64,000 bases of DNA from a virus. Lineage: Duplodnaviria > Caudoviricetes. Both the position numbers and the translations under genes were made by a program. The notes below the pieces were generated by a model. That model made no database searches. It was given only the letters and a program-made list of their open reading frames with translations, and was not told the DNA's origin. The DNA is taken from the IMG/VR virus record IMGVR_UViG_3300024322_000001. The stretch is one strand, 5' to 3'. Below, one piece after another: positions 1 through 10,003 of the stretch (position 1 is the first letter of the stretch; every line of letters starts with the position of its first letter).

Positions 1-1705
1 TCATCGAATTGGAAAGTTCACTTTTAAAAGAGAAATCTGTTACAAATGAGGCTTTACCTCTTGGTGTTATCATTTTATATGTTTCTGGTTGTCCTTCAGG
101 TCTTGGCAGTACTTGTAAATCTATTACCCTACTAGGTCCTAATTCTTTTTTTAGGTAAAAATCATTATAGAGTACAAATTCATTTATTCCTCCTAAACTT
201 GCAGTTACCTTATCTAAAATGATATTCAAATATTCTCCAATACTTTTTTGTGATTCATTATTTTTTCCAGATGGCTCTACTACTTTTTTATAGTCTTGAT
301 ATAAGAAATCAGTACATAACTGTATATCTAATATATCAGCAGCTGTCTTTTTATCTTTACTGAAACCTTTAATGGTAGTGGTTTTTAATCCAAAATCACC
401 CGTCTGTTGGGGAAGTAAGCAGATATATGGATCTATGCTAAAATGATTATCGTAGGTTAAGTAGAAATCCTGTTCAGGTGTTGTATTAAACTTACCTTCG
501 GGTACTATAGTTCCTGAGGAGGGACGGGGTAGGAAGAAGTAGTTTATCATCCCTAAGAAGAATCTCATACTAATGTAATTGAAATTTTTATTACCTGCTT
601 CTTTATTTACATCAGCAAAACCTGCTCTATAGACTTTGAATTCAAAACTATCTCCTTCTGTGGATAATAGTTCAGTTATTCCATCCATTTGAGTTTTATA
701 TTTTTCAAGTCCAGAGTTGATAGGTCCCATATCGCATTCTTCTACGATATTATTTTCATCTGTGTTTTCTTGTTTACCTTTAGTATCAGCTTGTGATATC
801 CTCTTTAAGATCCCACCGAAAGAACTCTCAGGGGTACTTTCAAATTCTACACCTGGGTCAAGTTTAGTACCGTCTTCGTGTTCTGTACCTCCATAAACTT
901 TCTTGATAAATGTAGATACAGCCCCTTTACCTAAAAGTTGTATATCAACTGTATACCCATCTTTTTCGGCACTCCAATTATAATTCTTTATCATGCCAAG
1001 CATATAATCATAATTGTTCTGTGATGACTTTATAAGCTCACTGCCTTTTTCTTTTATTTTTTCTTCTTTTAAATCATCACCAGACGGTACTTCATCTGAA
1101 AATATAGTTTCTGGGTTGTATACTTTTTTGTCATCTAGTTTTGATTTATTACCTGTACCGTAAATAACATGACCCCATTCTACTAAACATTTGAAACCGG
1201 GTCTTAAGTATAATTTTTCGAGTATAGAAAGTTGTTCTAAACTAAAGCATTTTACTTTTATAGAAACGTTACGTGTAAAGCCACTATTACCTGTGTTCTT
1301 AACACTAAAGTCTACTATACCGGGCATTGGGACGTACCCTTCTGCAGGTTTATCTTTTACTTCTCCTGATACTCCATGGGCAAAGTTATACGCTCCTGAA
1401 TTGTTCTCGCTTATGAATGGGTTATCGTTCAATCCTGCTCTCTTACTCTTACCTTTATATAAAACCCCTCCTAAAAGTATATTGTTATGAGCAGCATTAG
1501 GAACATCTTTTACTTCTATACCTGATGTTAATTTTACAAAGGAATTATTTGCATTCAAATACTGTGTCAGGAAATCTCCGTCTCCTGTATATGTTAAGTC
1601 TTTTGCGTAAAGTTTTTCTCTTACTTCTAATTGCTCTCTAACACTTACGTCTAAAGTAGATAATGACGGTAGAGGTCTTTCAAAAAATACTCCTTCTTTT
1701 GCCAT
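1..1705 (-). CDS. Probable baseplate hub/tail-associated protein, truncated by the left window edge
   Basis: Not in the ORF track because it runs off the edge. ATG at 1705 reads MAKEGVFFERPLPSLS...PMPGIVDFSVKNTGNSGFTRNVSIKVKCFSLEQLSILEKLYLRPGFKCLVEWGH. It follows the LysM baseplate gene. Confidence 0.6.
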   Translation of the reverse strand, partial: MAKEGVFFERPLPSLSTLDVSVREQLEVREKLYAKDLTYTGDGDFLTQYLNANNSFVKLTSGIEVKDVPNAAHNNILLGGVLYKGKSKRAGLNDNPFISENNSGAYNFAHGVSGEVKDKPAEGYVPMPGIVDFSVKNTGNSGFTRNVSIKVKCFSLEQLSILEKLYLRPGFKCLVEWGHVIYGTGNKSKLDDKKVYNPETIFSDEVPSGDDLKEEKIKEKGSELIKSSQNNYDYMLGMIKNYNWSAEKDGYTVDIQLLGKGAVSTFIKKVYGGTEHEDGTKLDPGVEFESTPESSFGGILKRISQADTKGKQENTDENNIVEECDMGPINSGLEKYKTQMDGITELLSTEGDSFEFKVYRAGFADVNKEAGNKNFNYISMRFFLGMINYFFLPRPSSGTIVPEGKFNTTPEQDFYLTYDNHFSIDPYICLLPQQTGDFGLKTTTIKGFSKDKKTAADILDIQLCTDFLYQDYKKVVEPSGKNNESQKSIGEYLNIILDKVTASLGGINEFVLYNDFYLKKELGPSRVIDLQVLPRPEGQPETYKMITPRGKASFVTDFSFKSELSNSM

Positions 1706-1707
1706 AA

Positions 1708-2013
1708 CTATCTAATTTCATTTAACTTATTGTATCTATCTATTACAGTTTGAGGGTTAGCTGGTATTCTTAATTGAAGTCCAGGTTTAGCAGATAAGGA
1801 ATCTGTGTTAGTGCCTGGGTTTGCTGTAGAGATGATCCACCATAGTGATTTATCTCCGTAAAACTGTTGTGCTAGGGTATCGTACCTATCTCCTCCTGTG
1901 GCGATTACATATGTGTCATCAGCAGTAGCAGGAATATCGGGATATACAGCGTTAAATACATACCTTCTACCTGTTTCTGTATTAGAGGTTTTTATTTTGT
2001 TATACCTGTTCAT
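1708..2013 (-). CDS. LysM-like baseplate wedge protein (gp53/tail X-like)
   Basis: GDRYDTLAQQFYGDKSLWWIIS..N..PGLQLRIP motif; position after tape measure. Confidence 0.8.
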   Translation of the reverse strand: MNRYNKIKTSNTETGRRYVFNAVYPDIPATADDTYVIATGGDRYDTLAQQFYGDKSLWWIISTANPGTNTDSLSAKPGLQLRIPANPQTVIDRYNKLNEIR

Positions 2014-2016
2014 ATA

Positions 2017-3243
2017 TTACGAATCCTTCCACGGGTTATTAATTCGATCCGGGTTTAATGCCGGTGCCTTTTGAAATAAAGAATCTGGACCTGGTGCTTT
2101 TTTCTCTTCATCCCAATCGTGATATCCTATAAACGGTGTATCGCCTGTTGTTGGTACAAAATTATGAATAGCGCCTAATGTCATACTTACATCTAATACG
2201 TGAGGGAGTATTTGAACATCACCTTCTTTATCGCCTCGCAATTTTACTTCCCATGGGTACTCTATAGCCCATGAAAAAGCTACACTTTCTACGTTACATG
2301 TTTGATTATGCAAGTAATCCCCAACTCTAACTTTAACTAGAGTTCCTCTCATAAAGACACCTGAATTGTCAAAAGTTGGTGCTGTCGTTGAGGCTAATCT
2401 ATTAAGTTTTCTATATAGAGGAAGTAAATCCTTTCTAGTTTCAGCTGCGATTTTAAAACCTAAATTTATATTTCTTTCGAATCCGTTATAACTTTTAAAA
2501 TTTTCAGGCCTGCCTAACATTTGTGTTTTATTCCATTGACCTGAATAGGAATCACTAAGTGATGAAAGATAAGCTCTAAATTGCATACTATCACCACCTA
2601 TAATTCGAAATCCAAATGGTATAATATCACTTGATTCGTCTATTTCTCCTTCGTTATAATTAACTTTATCGTATGCATTTGAGTTATTTGGTTTTTCTAG
2701 GTAGTCTATTTTGCCGAATTTTTTTGCTTCTTCATCTCCTACTTTTAGCTTTTTTGACTTCTTTACTCCTTGAGATATTTGAGTTGAGTGAGATGGGCTT
2801 CTCATTTTCTTTTTTACAACTTCATCAATAGAAGTTAAATACTGACGATCATCTCCATCTGTCTCCAGTAATCCTTTAAATGTATGTATACCTAAGCCGT
2901 TAACTGCTGTTTGTGCTGTATTAGTAACTGCGGTGGCAAGAATATCTTTTGCGTTTCTTAGAACATCTTTTTCTGCGTTATCATATAACTTACCTGTTTC
3001 GGCTGCAGAAATAGTAGTATGTAGTGCCTGTTTAGCAGCATGTGCTAAGCCAGGTTTAGCCACAACGAGTTTTGCCATTCGGACAACATCATCTAATCTC
3101 TTAGCTGCTTGTATACCGATAACATCAAAAGCGTTATTTCGTCCGCCTCGTTGATCTACATCTTTAACGACAAAAGGCTTCCTATTCAGCCCGCTCTCAA
3201 ATTTTAAAGACTTTAGATCTGTTTTTAGATCTACTAAAGCCAT
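2017..3243 (-). CDS. Baseplate/tail tube initiator-like protein
   Basis: C-terminal FRAYLSSLSDSYSGQW...GRPE...YNGFERNINLGF domain typical of contractile-tail tube initiators; synteny. Confidence 0.55.
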   Translation of the reverse strand: MALVDLKTDLKSLKFESGLNRKPFVVKDVDQRGGRNNAFDVIGIQAAKRLDDVVRMAKLVVAKPGLAHAAKQALHTTISAAETGKLYDNAEKDVLRNAKDILATAVTNTAQTAVNGLGIHTFKGLLETDGDDRQYLTSIDEVVKKKMRSPSHSTQISQGVKKSKKLKVGDEEAKKFGKIDYLEKPNNSNAYDKVNYNEGEIDESSDIIPFGFRIIGGDSMQFRAYLSSLSDSYSGQWNKTQMLGRPENFKSYNGFERNINLGFKIAAETRKDLLPLYRKLNRLASTTAPTFDNSGVFMRGTLVKVRVGDYLHNQTCNVESVAFSWAIEYPWEVKLRGDKEGDVQILPHVLDVSMTLGAIHNFVPTTGDTPFIGYHDWDEEKKAPGPDSLFQKAPALNPDRINNPWKDS

Positions 3244-3244
3244 A

Positions 3245-3433
3245 TTACTGTGGAGGGTTATCCATGTATTTAGTTGGTACTGCTCCGTCTAAATCCAATA
3301 CAGAATGATCTGCTGTTTGAGTTTCACCGTTTACATGTACTTTAGAAGTATCTGCTGATGCTCCTTCTCTATTAGGTGGGGTTTCGCCGTTTAATCCTAA
3401 GTTTGTTGAGTTTAATGAATCAATAAGTGCCAT
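3245..3433 (-). CDS. Small hypothetical virion-region protein
   Basis: 62-aa ORF with its own upstream TATTTATA motif, tightly packed. Confidence 0.6.
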   Translation of the reverse strand: MALIDSLNSTNLGLNGETPPNREGASADTSKVHVNGETQTADHSVLDLDGAVPTKYMDNPPQ

Positions 3434-3478
3434 AATTGTTAATTTAATTGTTTAATATAATTATAAATATCTAGTTAT

Positions 3479-6400
3479 TTAGTATCGGGACCCTAAAGCT
3501 TTACCTACTTGGAATCCATCCATCTGTATTACAGTGTCTTTTCTATCTCCTAAAGCTTCGGCAAGTAAGAATGTTTGTCTTCTTAATTCTTTCATTTCTT
3601 TCCTATGTTCTTTAGATTGTTCTTGATTTATTTTTTTAAGCTCTTCTAATTCTCTGTTTGATGAGCTATCTATCGTAGATGTTAATCCTTCTAGCTCTTC
3701 ACTAAATATTGTTTTAGCTGCTATATCTACCTTTATTACCCCTTTACCTACTGTTTTAGCAAATGATCCAAGATCCTCTAATATACTCTTTGCATTAGAT
3801 AAATCTATAGAAGTAGCATCTTTTATTGCCAGCATTGATGTTCTTAAAGATTCAATTTTATTAGTATCTATATCTTCAAGTTTATTAAAAGCATCTATAC
3901 CGTTCCCTAAATCTTCAATACCGTCGTAGAACTTATCAGTATCATTATCAAAAGTACCTAAAGAAGTCATTGCCGTACCAAATGCTTGTAATGCTTCAGC
4001 GTTAGAAATTATTTTTTTTGTTTCTAGTTTAGCATTAGCAAATGCATTCATTTCTTCGTAAGGAATACCGCTAGTACCTCCTAAGGCATCCGTTATGCCG
4101 TCAACTAGTTCACTACCCATCTTACCTAACGACTTGAAGAACCCGCTAGGCACATCTTGAAGTGATGCCATTGCTAAAGCATAAGCTGTTAAAGCCTTTG
4201 CGTTATTACCTATTTTTTCAGCATCTAAATCAGCATTTTCTAATTCTTTTAATTTATCGTAAGGAATACCTCCTAAACCGATAGATTCAGCTAATCCAGT
4301 AACTAATTGACCAGCTGCTTTTCCTAATGAAGCTAAAAATCCACCTGCTTCTGATGATGCTAATTTAGCCATCGCTATGGCATACTCACTTATAGCTTCA
4401 GAATTATTTTTTATTTTATCTTTCTTAAAATCATATCCTTGGAAAATTTTAACTTTATCTAATGGAAGAGGCCCTCCAAGCCCAGCCATTAATCCATCTG
4501 CAAGGTTACCTGCTATGGATGATAAAGATGCTACAGATGATGCAGCTGAACCTCCTGCTAATTTAGCCATACCGATTGCATAACTAGCTATTGCAGAGGC
4601 ATTATTTTTAACTTTCTTAGGGTCGAAGTTATACTTTTGAAATTTATCTACTTTATCTAATGGAAGAGGGCCTCCTACTCCTGCTACAATTCCGTCTACT
4701 ACTGAACCACTTAAAGCTGCTAGCGATGCTACGGATGATGCTGCTGCTCCTCCTGCTAAAGCAGCCATACCTAATGCATAACTTGCTAATGCTGATGCAT
4801 TATTTTTAACTTTATCAGCATCGAAATTATATGTTTGGAATTTAGAAACTTTATCTAATGGAAGAGGGCCTCCTATTCCTGCTACTATTCCATCTACTAG
4901 TGAGCCACCCAGGCCAGCTAAAGAAGATAATGAAGATGCTGCTGATCCTCCTGCTAATGCAGCCATGCCTCTTGCATAACCTGCTATTGCACGAGCGTTA
5001 TTTTCAACTTTATCAGCATCTAAGTTATACTTACCGAATTGCTGTACTTTATCCATTGGAAGATCACCTCCTAGTGTAGATGTAAGTCCGTCTAAGAGTG
5101 CACCGCCTAGGTTAGCTAAACTGGCAATTCCACCGCCTGCTGCTCCGCCAGCTAAAGCTGCCATACCTACTGCGTATCCAGCTACTGCCCGGGCATTGTT
5201 CTCTATCTTATCAGCGTCTAAATTCCACTTACCGAATGCTTGTACTTTATCCATAGGTAGACCTCCTCCTAGCGATGCTGTAAGTCCGTCTAAGAGTGTG
5301 CTACCTAGATTTGCTAATCCTGCTACGGCGCCAGCACCTGCTCCAACTGCTAGTGCTCCCATTGCAAGAGCATATGCTACTACTCCTTTGGCATTATTTT
5401 CTATTTTACCGGCATCAAAGTCATAATTTTTTCCAAACTTCTCTACCTTTTTAAGCATTTCATCAATACCGTCACCACCGAAAAATGATCCAATAGCTCC
5501 CATTAGTCCACCTACTGCTTGAGCTGCTGTACCTGCTGCCATAGCGGTAAGTCCAAGTCCAACTGCTGCCATTCCAGCTCCTGCTTTTATAAGTGCAGAA
5601 CCGTCTAATTCTGCAATTGATTCCATTCCTTTGGCCAATGTTGGTAACGATTTACCCATTAACCAAGAAGCTCCTGCAATACCGGCGCCAATTAATGTAA
5701 TAGCAGCTCCTAGTACTGCTGCACCAGCAAGAACCTGGCCAGAACCAAATGCTTTTATACCAAAAGCTAAACCTTCAAGGATACCTTTTATACCTTTTCC
5801 TATTCCTTTAGCAAAATCGCCTATTCCTTTTCCTATACCCTTTAGCATTCCACCAACACCTCCTGCGGCGCCTCCACCTGCTGCGGACTTACCTGGTGCC
5901 TTTGCAAATCTACCCATTTTGTCTCTAAACCCGGAAGGAGAAGATGCAGATTTTACTAAATCTCCAGAACCTCTCTTCTTAAATACTGATGTTAGCTTGC
6001 TTAATATTCCTCCTCCACCTGCAGCAGCAGCACCTCCTTTTTTGTTTTTAAACATTGAAGTGAATTTGCTGAGTATTCCGGCGGTCTTATCACCTATGTT
6101 TTTTACAAACATTGGCATCATAGGAGTACCTCTCATTTTCTTAAAAATACCACCTATTGCAGAAAGACCTTTAAATCCTATGGTTAAAGCTCCACCTGTC
6201 ATTGTGGCAGCTCCTAATAGCATACCTAACATACTTCCTTTGCCTAACGTATTTTTAAATACTGTATCACCTCCGGTAAATGCATCTTTAAATGTCTTTA
6301 TTACTAGGTCTTTTATTCTGCCTAGTGAACCCATTATATCTTTAGGATCAAATGCATCTCTAATAAGATTGAAAAATTTAAATGCTCCTAATGATAAATC

Positions 6401-8332
6401 TTCAGTAAATTTATTTAATTTATCTGATAAGGAGTTTAGTGTTTTAAATGTATTTAATTGCAGTTGACCTAATTCTTCAGCAGATTTCTTTTTATTCTCA
6501 GCATTTGCTTGGGCAGCAGCAGCATCATTGTTGGCCATCTTAACATTATCTTCAGTAGCGTTTAAGATACCATTCAGTTCTTCTTTACTCATTCCTAAAG
6601 ATGCTGCTAACATCTCTTGAGCTTTTACGTTACCTTTTACAGCATCTGCGTTTTCCATTATGATACGCTTCTGCTCTTCTTGAATTGCAACTTGGTCTCC
6701 TGTTGCTGCTGCAGCTCTTAATTTATCTAAATTTAATTCCTTACCGAGAATTAATTCAGCCTCCATTTCTTTTTGCATAGAATTCTCAAAATCTAATGTA
6801 GATTCTGCTGCATCAGCTATTCTATTCATTTCCATACCCATGGCTCTGGCGCCAGCTGCTGCTTTTATTAAAGCATCTGGGTTGTCTTTCATATTACGGA
6901 GGATCGTACTAGACGCATTGCCCATCTCTTCAAATACAGCTTGAGGGGCGATGGCTGTACCGTTCATAGCGTTAAGCTTAGTTGTTATACCACCAACCTT
7001 TTTTGCCATGTCTTCAAAAGATATTCCAGTTTTAGTAGCAATCTTAAATATCTTAGTTGCGGCACCACTAGATACACCCATATTTCTAGTAAGTCTACCG
7101 AAAGTTGCTACTTGTTCGCTAGTGAAACCTAATGATGTACCTAATGCAGAGTTCATCTGACCTATATAGCCAGATGCTTCTGCTAGAGGAATTCCCATTT
7201 TAGCAGCTGCTCCGCTTGCTGCTTGCATTGCAATTTTAGCATCAATAAGACCTCCTCCTATTCCTTGCTTAACTATTTTAAATGCTTCGGAAGATGTTTT
7301 TGCACCATCAAATGCCATTTTTGCAAAAGAAGTTGCTGCTGCTATAGTAAGTGCTTTAATAGTCCCGGTTAGTGCCTTATACCTCGCTCCTGCTTTACTA
7401 GTACCCTGTGCTACAGCATCTTCAAACATTTTTTGAGCATCAGCTAATTCACCAAATACGGTTTGAAATAATTGACCAAACACAGGTATCATACCTCCTA
7501 TTTTTTGACCAAATTCTGAGAAAGACTTAAGTACGCTACCTCCTGCTTTTTCTATTTTTTGCATTTCGCCATGAAGTTCCTTTGCTTTACCTATTTGCTT
7601 TTCTTGGGCGGCATTGATTTCTTCAGCGCTTCTTTTTTGACCTTCTAGAGCAGATGTTTCTGCTTGTGATTCTTTTACTAAATCTTGTTTTTTATTTATT
7701 AGCTTTTGTGCTGCTGTTTCTTTGGTTTTGGCGTCTGCAGTTAATTTTTTTGCTAAATCATAGTTTTCTTTAGATTTAGCCATCATACTACTATGTGCTT
7801 TTTCTGCGTTTGCTATTTCATCTTTTTTACCAGATGCTATAGCTTTTTGAAGCATTTTATCAGCATCAATCTCTAGCTGGGTTGCTTTGGCTTTATGCTT
7901 GGAAATTCTCTCTTCAAATTCTAGTTGTTCATCTCTAGATTTTTTCCTAAGGATATCGGCTACTTTTTCTAATGCTAAATCTTCTTTTTTTCTTTCTTTT
8001 ATTTCCTTACTAAGGTTTTCAATAACCGTTGCAGTTCCTGCTTGTTCTTTTTCTGCTGCTAGAAGTTGAGTAGCGAATTTTTTTCTTTCTTTAGAAGACT
8101 TTAAAGTAGAGACTGTTATCTCAGACATAGATTTAGTAAGTACCTTCACCTTACTGGTATCTACTCCGATATTCTTATTAGCACCTGCTAGATTAGAAAG
8201 TTCTTTGAATTCCTTAGATAACGCATTTATTTCCTGCCCTGCTTTTTCTGCAGCAGTTCTTATATCATCTAGTTGTTTTTTACGTGCGTCACCACCGGAT
8301 AGATCTCCCTGTATGTTTATTTCATCAGCCAT
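3479..8332 (-). CDS. Tape measure protein
   Basis: 1617 aa, Ala/Gly/Lys-rich and helical, internal 66-aa repeats, lies downstream of tube and chaperone genes. Confidence 0.85.
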   Translation of the reverse strand: MADEINIQGDLSGGDARKKQLDDIRTAAEKAGQEINALSKEFKELSNLAGANKNIGVDTSKVKVLTKSMSEITVSTLKSSKERKKFATQLLAAEKEQAGTATVIENLSKEIKERKKEDLALEKVADILRKKSRDEQLEFEERISKHKAKATQLEIDADKMLQKAIASGKKDEIANAEKAHSSMMAKSKENYDLAKKLTADAKTKETAAQKLINKKQDLVKESQAETSALEGQKRSAEEINAAQEKQIGKAKELHGEMQKIEKAGGSVLKSFSEFGQKIGGMIPVFGQLFQTVFGELADAQKMFEDAVAQGTSKAGARYKALTGTIKALTIAAATSFAKMAFDGAKTSSEAFKIVKQGIGGGLIDAKIAMQAASGAAAKMGIPLAEASGYIGQMNSALGTSLGFTSEQVATFGRLTRNMGVSSGAATKIFKIATKTGISFEDMAKKVGGITTKLNAMNGTAIAPQAVFEEMGNASSTILRNMKDNPDALIKAAAGARAMGMEMNRIADAAESTLDFENSMQKEMEAELILGKELNLDKLRAAAATGDQVAIQEEQKRIIMENADAVKGNVKAQEMLAASLGMSKEELNGILNATEDNVKMANNDAAAAQANAENKKKSAEELGQLQLNTFKTLNSLSDKLNKFTEDLSLGAFKFFNLIRDAFDPKDIMGSLGRIKDLVIKTFKDAFTGGDTVFKNTLGKGSMLGMLLGAATMTGGALTIGFKGLSAIGGIFKKMRGTPMMPMFVKNIGDKTAGILSKFTSMFKNKKGGAAAAGGGGILSKLTSVFKKRGSGDLVKSASSPSGFRDKMGRFAKAPGKSAAGGGAAGGVGGMLKGIGKGIGDFAKGIGKGIKGILEGLAFGIKAFGSGQVLAGAAVLGAAITLIGAGIAGASWLMGKSLPTLAKGMESIAELDGSALIKAGAGMAAVGLGLTAMAAGTAAQAVGGLMGAIGSFFGGDGIDEMLKKVEKFGKNYDFDAGKIENNAKGVVAYALAMGALAVGAGAGAVAGLANLGSTLLDGLTASLGGGLPMDKVQAFGKWNLDADKIENNARAVAGYAVGMAALAGGAAGGGIASLANLGGALLDGLTSTLGGDLPMDKVQQFGKYNLDADKVENNARAIAGYARGMAALAGGSAASSLSSLAGLGGSLVDGIVAGIGGPLPLDKVSKFQTYNFDADKVKNNASALASYALGMAALAGGAAASSVASLAALSGSVVDGIVAGVGGPLPLDKVDKFQKYNFDPKKVKNNASAIASYAIGMAKLAGGSAASSVASLSSIAGNLADGLMAGLGGPLPLDKVKIFQGYDFKKDKIKNNSEAISEYAIAMAKLASSEAGGFLASLGKAAGQLVTGLAESIGLGGIPYDKLKELENADLDAEKIGNNAKALTAYALAMASLQDVPSGFFKSLGKMGSELVDGITDALGGTSGIPYEEMNAFANAKLETKKIISNAEALQAFGTAMTSLGTFDNDTDKFYDGIEDLGNGIDAFNKLEDIDTNKIESLRTSMLAIKDATSIDLSNAKSILEDLGSFAKTVGKGVIKVDIAAKTIFSEELEGLTSTIDSSSNRELEELKKINQEQSKEHRKEMKELRRQTFLLAEALGDRKDTVIQMDGFQVGKALGSRY
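4250..5450 (-). repeat. 198-bp (66-aa) tandem repeats in the tape measure gene
   Basis: ctttatc anchor recurs at 4453, 4651, 4849, 5047 and 5245; unit LP[LM]DKV..F..YN[FL]DADK[VI].NNA.A[IL]A.YA.GMA.LAGG; outer limits approximate. Confidence 0.9.
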
Positions 8333-8369
8333 TTGCTGTATTCTTTTTTATAAATAGTAAAGGCCTCTA

Positions 8370-8630
8370 TTATTTAGAAGCCTTTGTACTATACGATGGA
8401 GAAATATTTGGACCTTTAGGAATATCGTTACTAGAGGTCTGTCCTGTGTTATTTACTTCGTTTTGTTCTTTGTGAAATTCATTAATTGCACCAAAGGTAA
8501 ACTTACGTAACCATATCGGCATATTATACACGGTGCCCCAATCATAGCCGCCTTTACCATGAAACACTATTTCGTGTATTTGCCGGAATAAACCGCTTCT
8601 ATACTCAGCAGCTTGTTTAAGCGTCAGGCC
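8370..8630 (-). CDS. Tail assembly chaperone C-terminal part (gp51/T-like), probably reached by frameshift from the upstream gene
   Basis: Frame is open from the T7 run at 8631-8637: GLTLKQAAEYRSGLFRQIHEIVFHGKGGYDWGTVYNMPIWLRKFTF. The only in-frame start before the conserved core is GTG at 8567. Confidence 0.65.
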   Translation of the reverse strand, partial: GLTLKQAAEYRSGLFRQIHEIVFHGKGGYDWGTVYNMPIWLRKFTFGAINEFHKEQNEVNNTGQTSSNDIPKGPNISPSYSTKASK

Positions 8631-9357
8631 AAAAAAAGTTGATAGTTACCGGAACGTCGATGTCCTCCCCAACACCTTGATCGTTCACATGGTATACACT
8701 AAATTCAACATCTGGCTGTACTCTTGAATATTCCTCTCTTAATGCTCTTGCATCAGCCGCTAATAATCCCTGGTCTACAAATTGTCTGATAGTTGATTGC
8801 TCTCTATCTCCGTTAATTGAGGTGATAAGGTGTTTCATTCTTGTAGTAACCCCTGTCTCATTGTCTCTGCTAATCTTTTTAAGACCTTCTATCTCTCTAT
8901 CTATTTTCTTGTCATCTCCGTGGTTGAGAAGCTTAAATGTCACTTCATTACCGCTTTTAGGGAGACTAAAAACAAACTCTCCTGCTTCATTAGGTTTAAC
9001 GCTAGCGTCAAATTCTTTTTCTTTAATTTCAGATAAATCGACAGTAATCTGCTCTCCTTTATACTCAATATCGTAATCTTTACCGTAAGATAAGATACGT
9101 GCTGCAACCATAATTGCATTCTTATCCCCGATTAATAAATCGTTATAAGGAAAATCAGTAACAATAAGAGATTGAAGTAATTTGTCAATTACTATTCCTT
9201 TAGTTATATAATTCTGGTTAGTTAGGATATCTTCTTCTTTGGCAGTCATATATTTCATTTCGACTTTGCCTTCTTTAAGTGGATGTCCTTCAGGGTAATA
9301 GTGCCCTTTCGATGGTAGGTCTACCGTTTCGGTAGGAATTTTAAATTTTGGTTCCAT
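8617..9357 (-). CDS. Tail assembly chaperone / baseplate hub assembly protein (gp26-like)
   Basis: PTETVDLPSKG..Y, MTAKEEDIL motifs, C-terminal NFFWPDA; lies between tube and tape measure. Confidence 0.75.
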   Translation of the reverse strand: MEPKFKIPTETVDLPSKGHYYPEGHPLKEGKVEMKYMTAKEEDILTNQNYITKGIVIDKLLQSLIVTDFPYNDLLIGDKNAIMVAARILSYGKDYDIEYKGEQITVDLSEIKEKEFDASVKPNEAGEFVFSLPKSGNEVTFKLLNHGDDKKIDREIEGLKKISRDNETGVTTRMKHLITSINGDREQSTIRQFVDQGLLAADARALREEYSRVQPDVEFSVYHVNDQGVGEDIDVPVTINFFWPDA

Positions 9358-9390
9358 AAATTTTATTAATTGTAAACTAGTTTATATATA

Positions 9391-9420
9391 AATATACGAA
9401 GAAATACTTTTGGAACCAAC
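9391..9420 (-). promoter_or_regulatory. Bacteroidota-type promoter GTTG-N20-TATATT
   Basis: Same spacing in five intergenic/upstream copies. Confidence 0.6.
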
Positions 9421-9428
9421 TTCTAAAC

Positions 9429-9454
9429 AAAAAAAAAGCCTGCTAATGCAGGCT
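9429..9454 (-). terminator. Rho-independent terminator after tail tube gene
   Basis: AGCCTGC-ATTA-GCAGGCT stem followed by a T run on the minus strand. Confidence 0.85.
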
Positions 9455-9479
9455 CTTCTATAAATAAATGTATTGTATC

Positions 9480-9965
9480 CTAGTAATTTAAGATGCAGTA
9501 ATCCATGTTGATTGAGATTGCTAAATCAACAACTGCGTCTGATGACCAATCATACTGGCCGAAGTCTCCGTTTGTTACGAATGCTCCTTTGATTATCCAC
9601 TCTCCGATTACGTCACCTACTGGTCCTAATACGTTAAGTGTTAAATCTTTCTTATAGAAGTCAGAATATCCTGCTCTACCGGTTACTGATTCGTACCCTA
9701 GTCTTGCCCATTCCATAACAGCTTGTGCTCCACTTGGAGTGATCGGATCGTAAAGTGTCATAGACATCTCTGCCCATTCTCTTTTACCTCTAATTTTTCT
9801 GTATGAATTGATATGGTCAAGCTTTACTACATTATCTGTAAAAGTAGGAGCTTTGACGTTTTTTATCATGAATGATGGGATCGCATCAATATACATGATA
9901 AATCTGTTTTGTACTTTCGGTTCGAAAGCTCTGAACATTATTTCGTTAGGATCTAATACTGCCAT
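9480..9965 (-). CDS. gp19: Tail tube protein (gp19-like)
   Basis: FEPKVQNRF, LYDPI..., YKKDLTLNVLGPVGDVIGEWIIKGAF motifs; follows sheath. Confidence 0.9.
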   Translation of the reverse strand: MAVLDPNEIMFRAFEPKVQNRFIMYIDAIPSFMIKNVKAPTFTDNVVKLDHINSYRKIRGKREWAEMSMTLYDPITPSGAQAVMEWARLGYESVTGRAGYSDFYKKDLTLNVLGPVGDVIGEWIIKGAFVTNGDFGQYDWSSDAVVDLAISINMDYCILNY

Positions 9966-9982
9966 TTTATTTGTTGTTTAAA

Positions 9983-9990
9983 TATAAATA
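9983..9990 (-). promoter_or_regulatory. Late-promoter-like TATTTATA upstream of tail tube
   Basis: Recurrent upstream octamer. Confidence 0.5.
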
Positions 9991-10003
9991 TCTTATTTTA
10001 AAA

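Noticed and set aside
5631-6467. 278-aa plus-strand ORF, and all other plus-strand ORFs in the track
   Set aside because: They lie antisense to well-supported minus-strand genes, have Pro/Ser/Leu-rich shadow composition and show no motifs.
9459-9466. TATTTATA copy just after the tail tube stop
   Set aside because: It lies immediately before a terminator, so it is unlikely to be a productive promoter; probably chance in AT-rich DNA.
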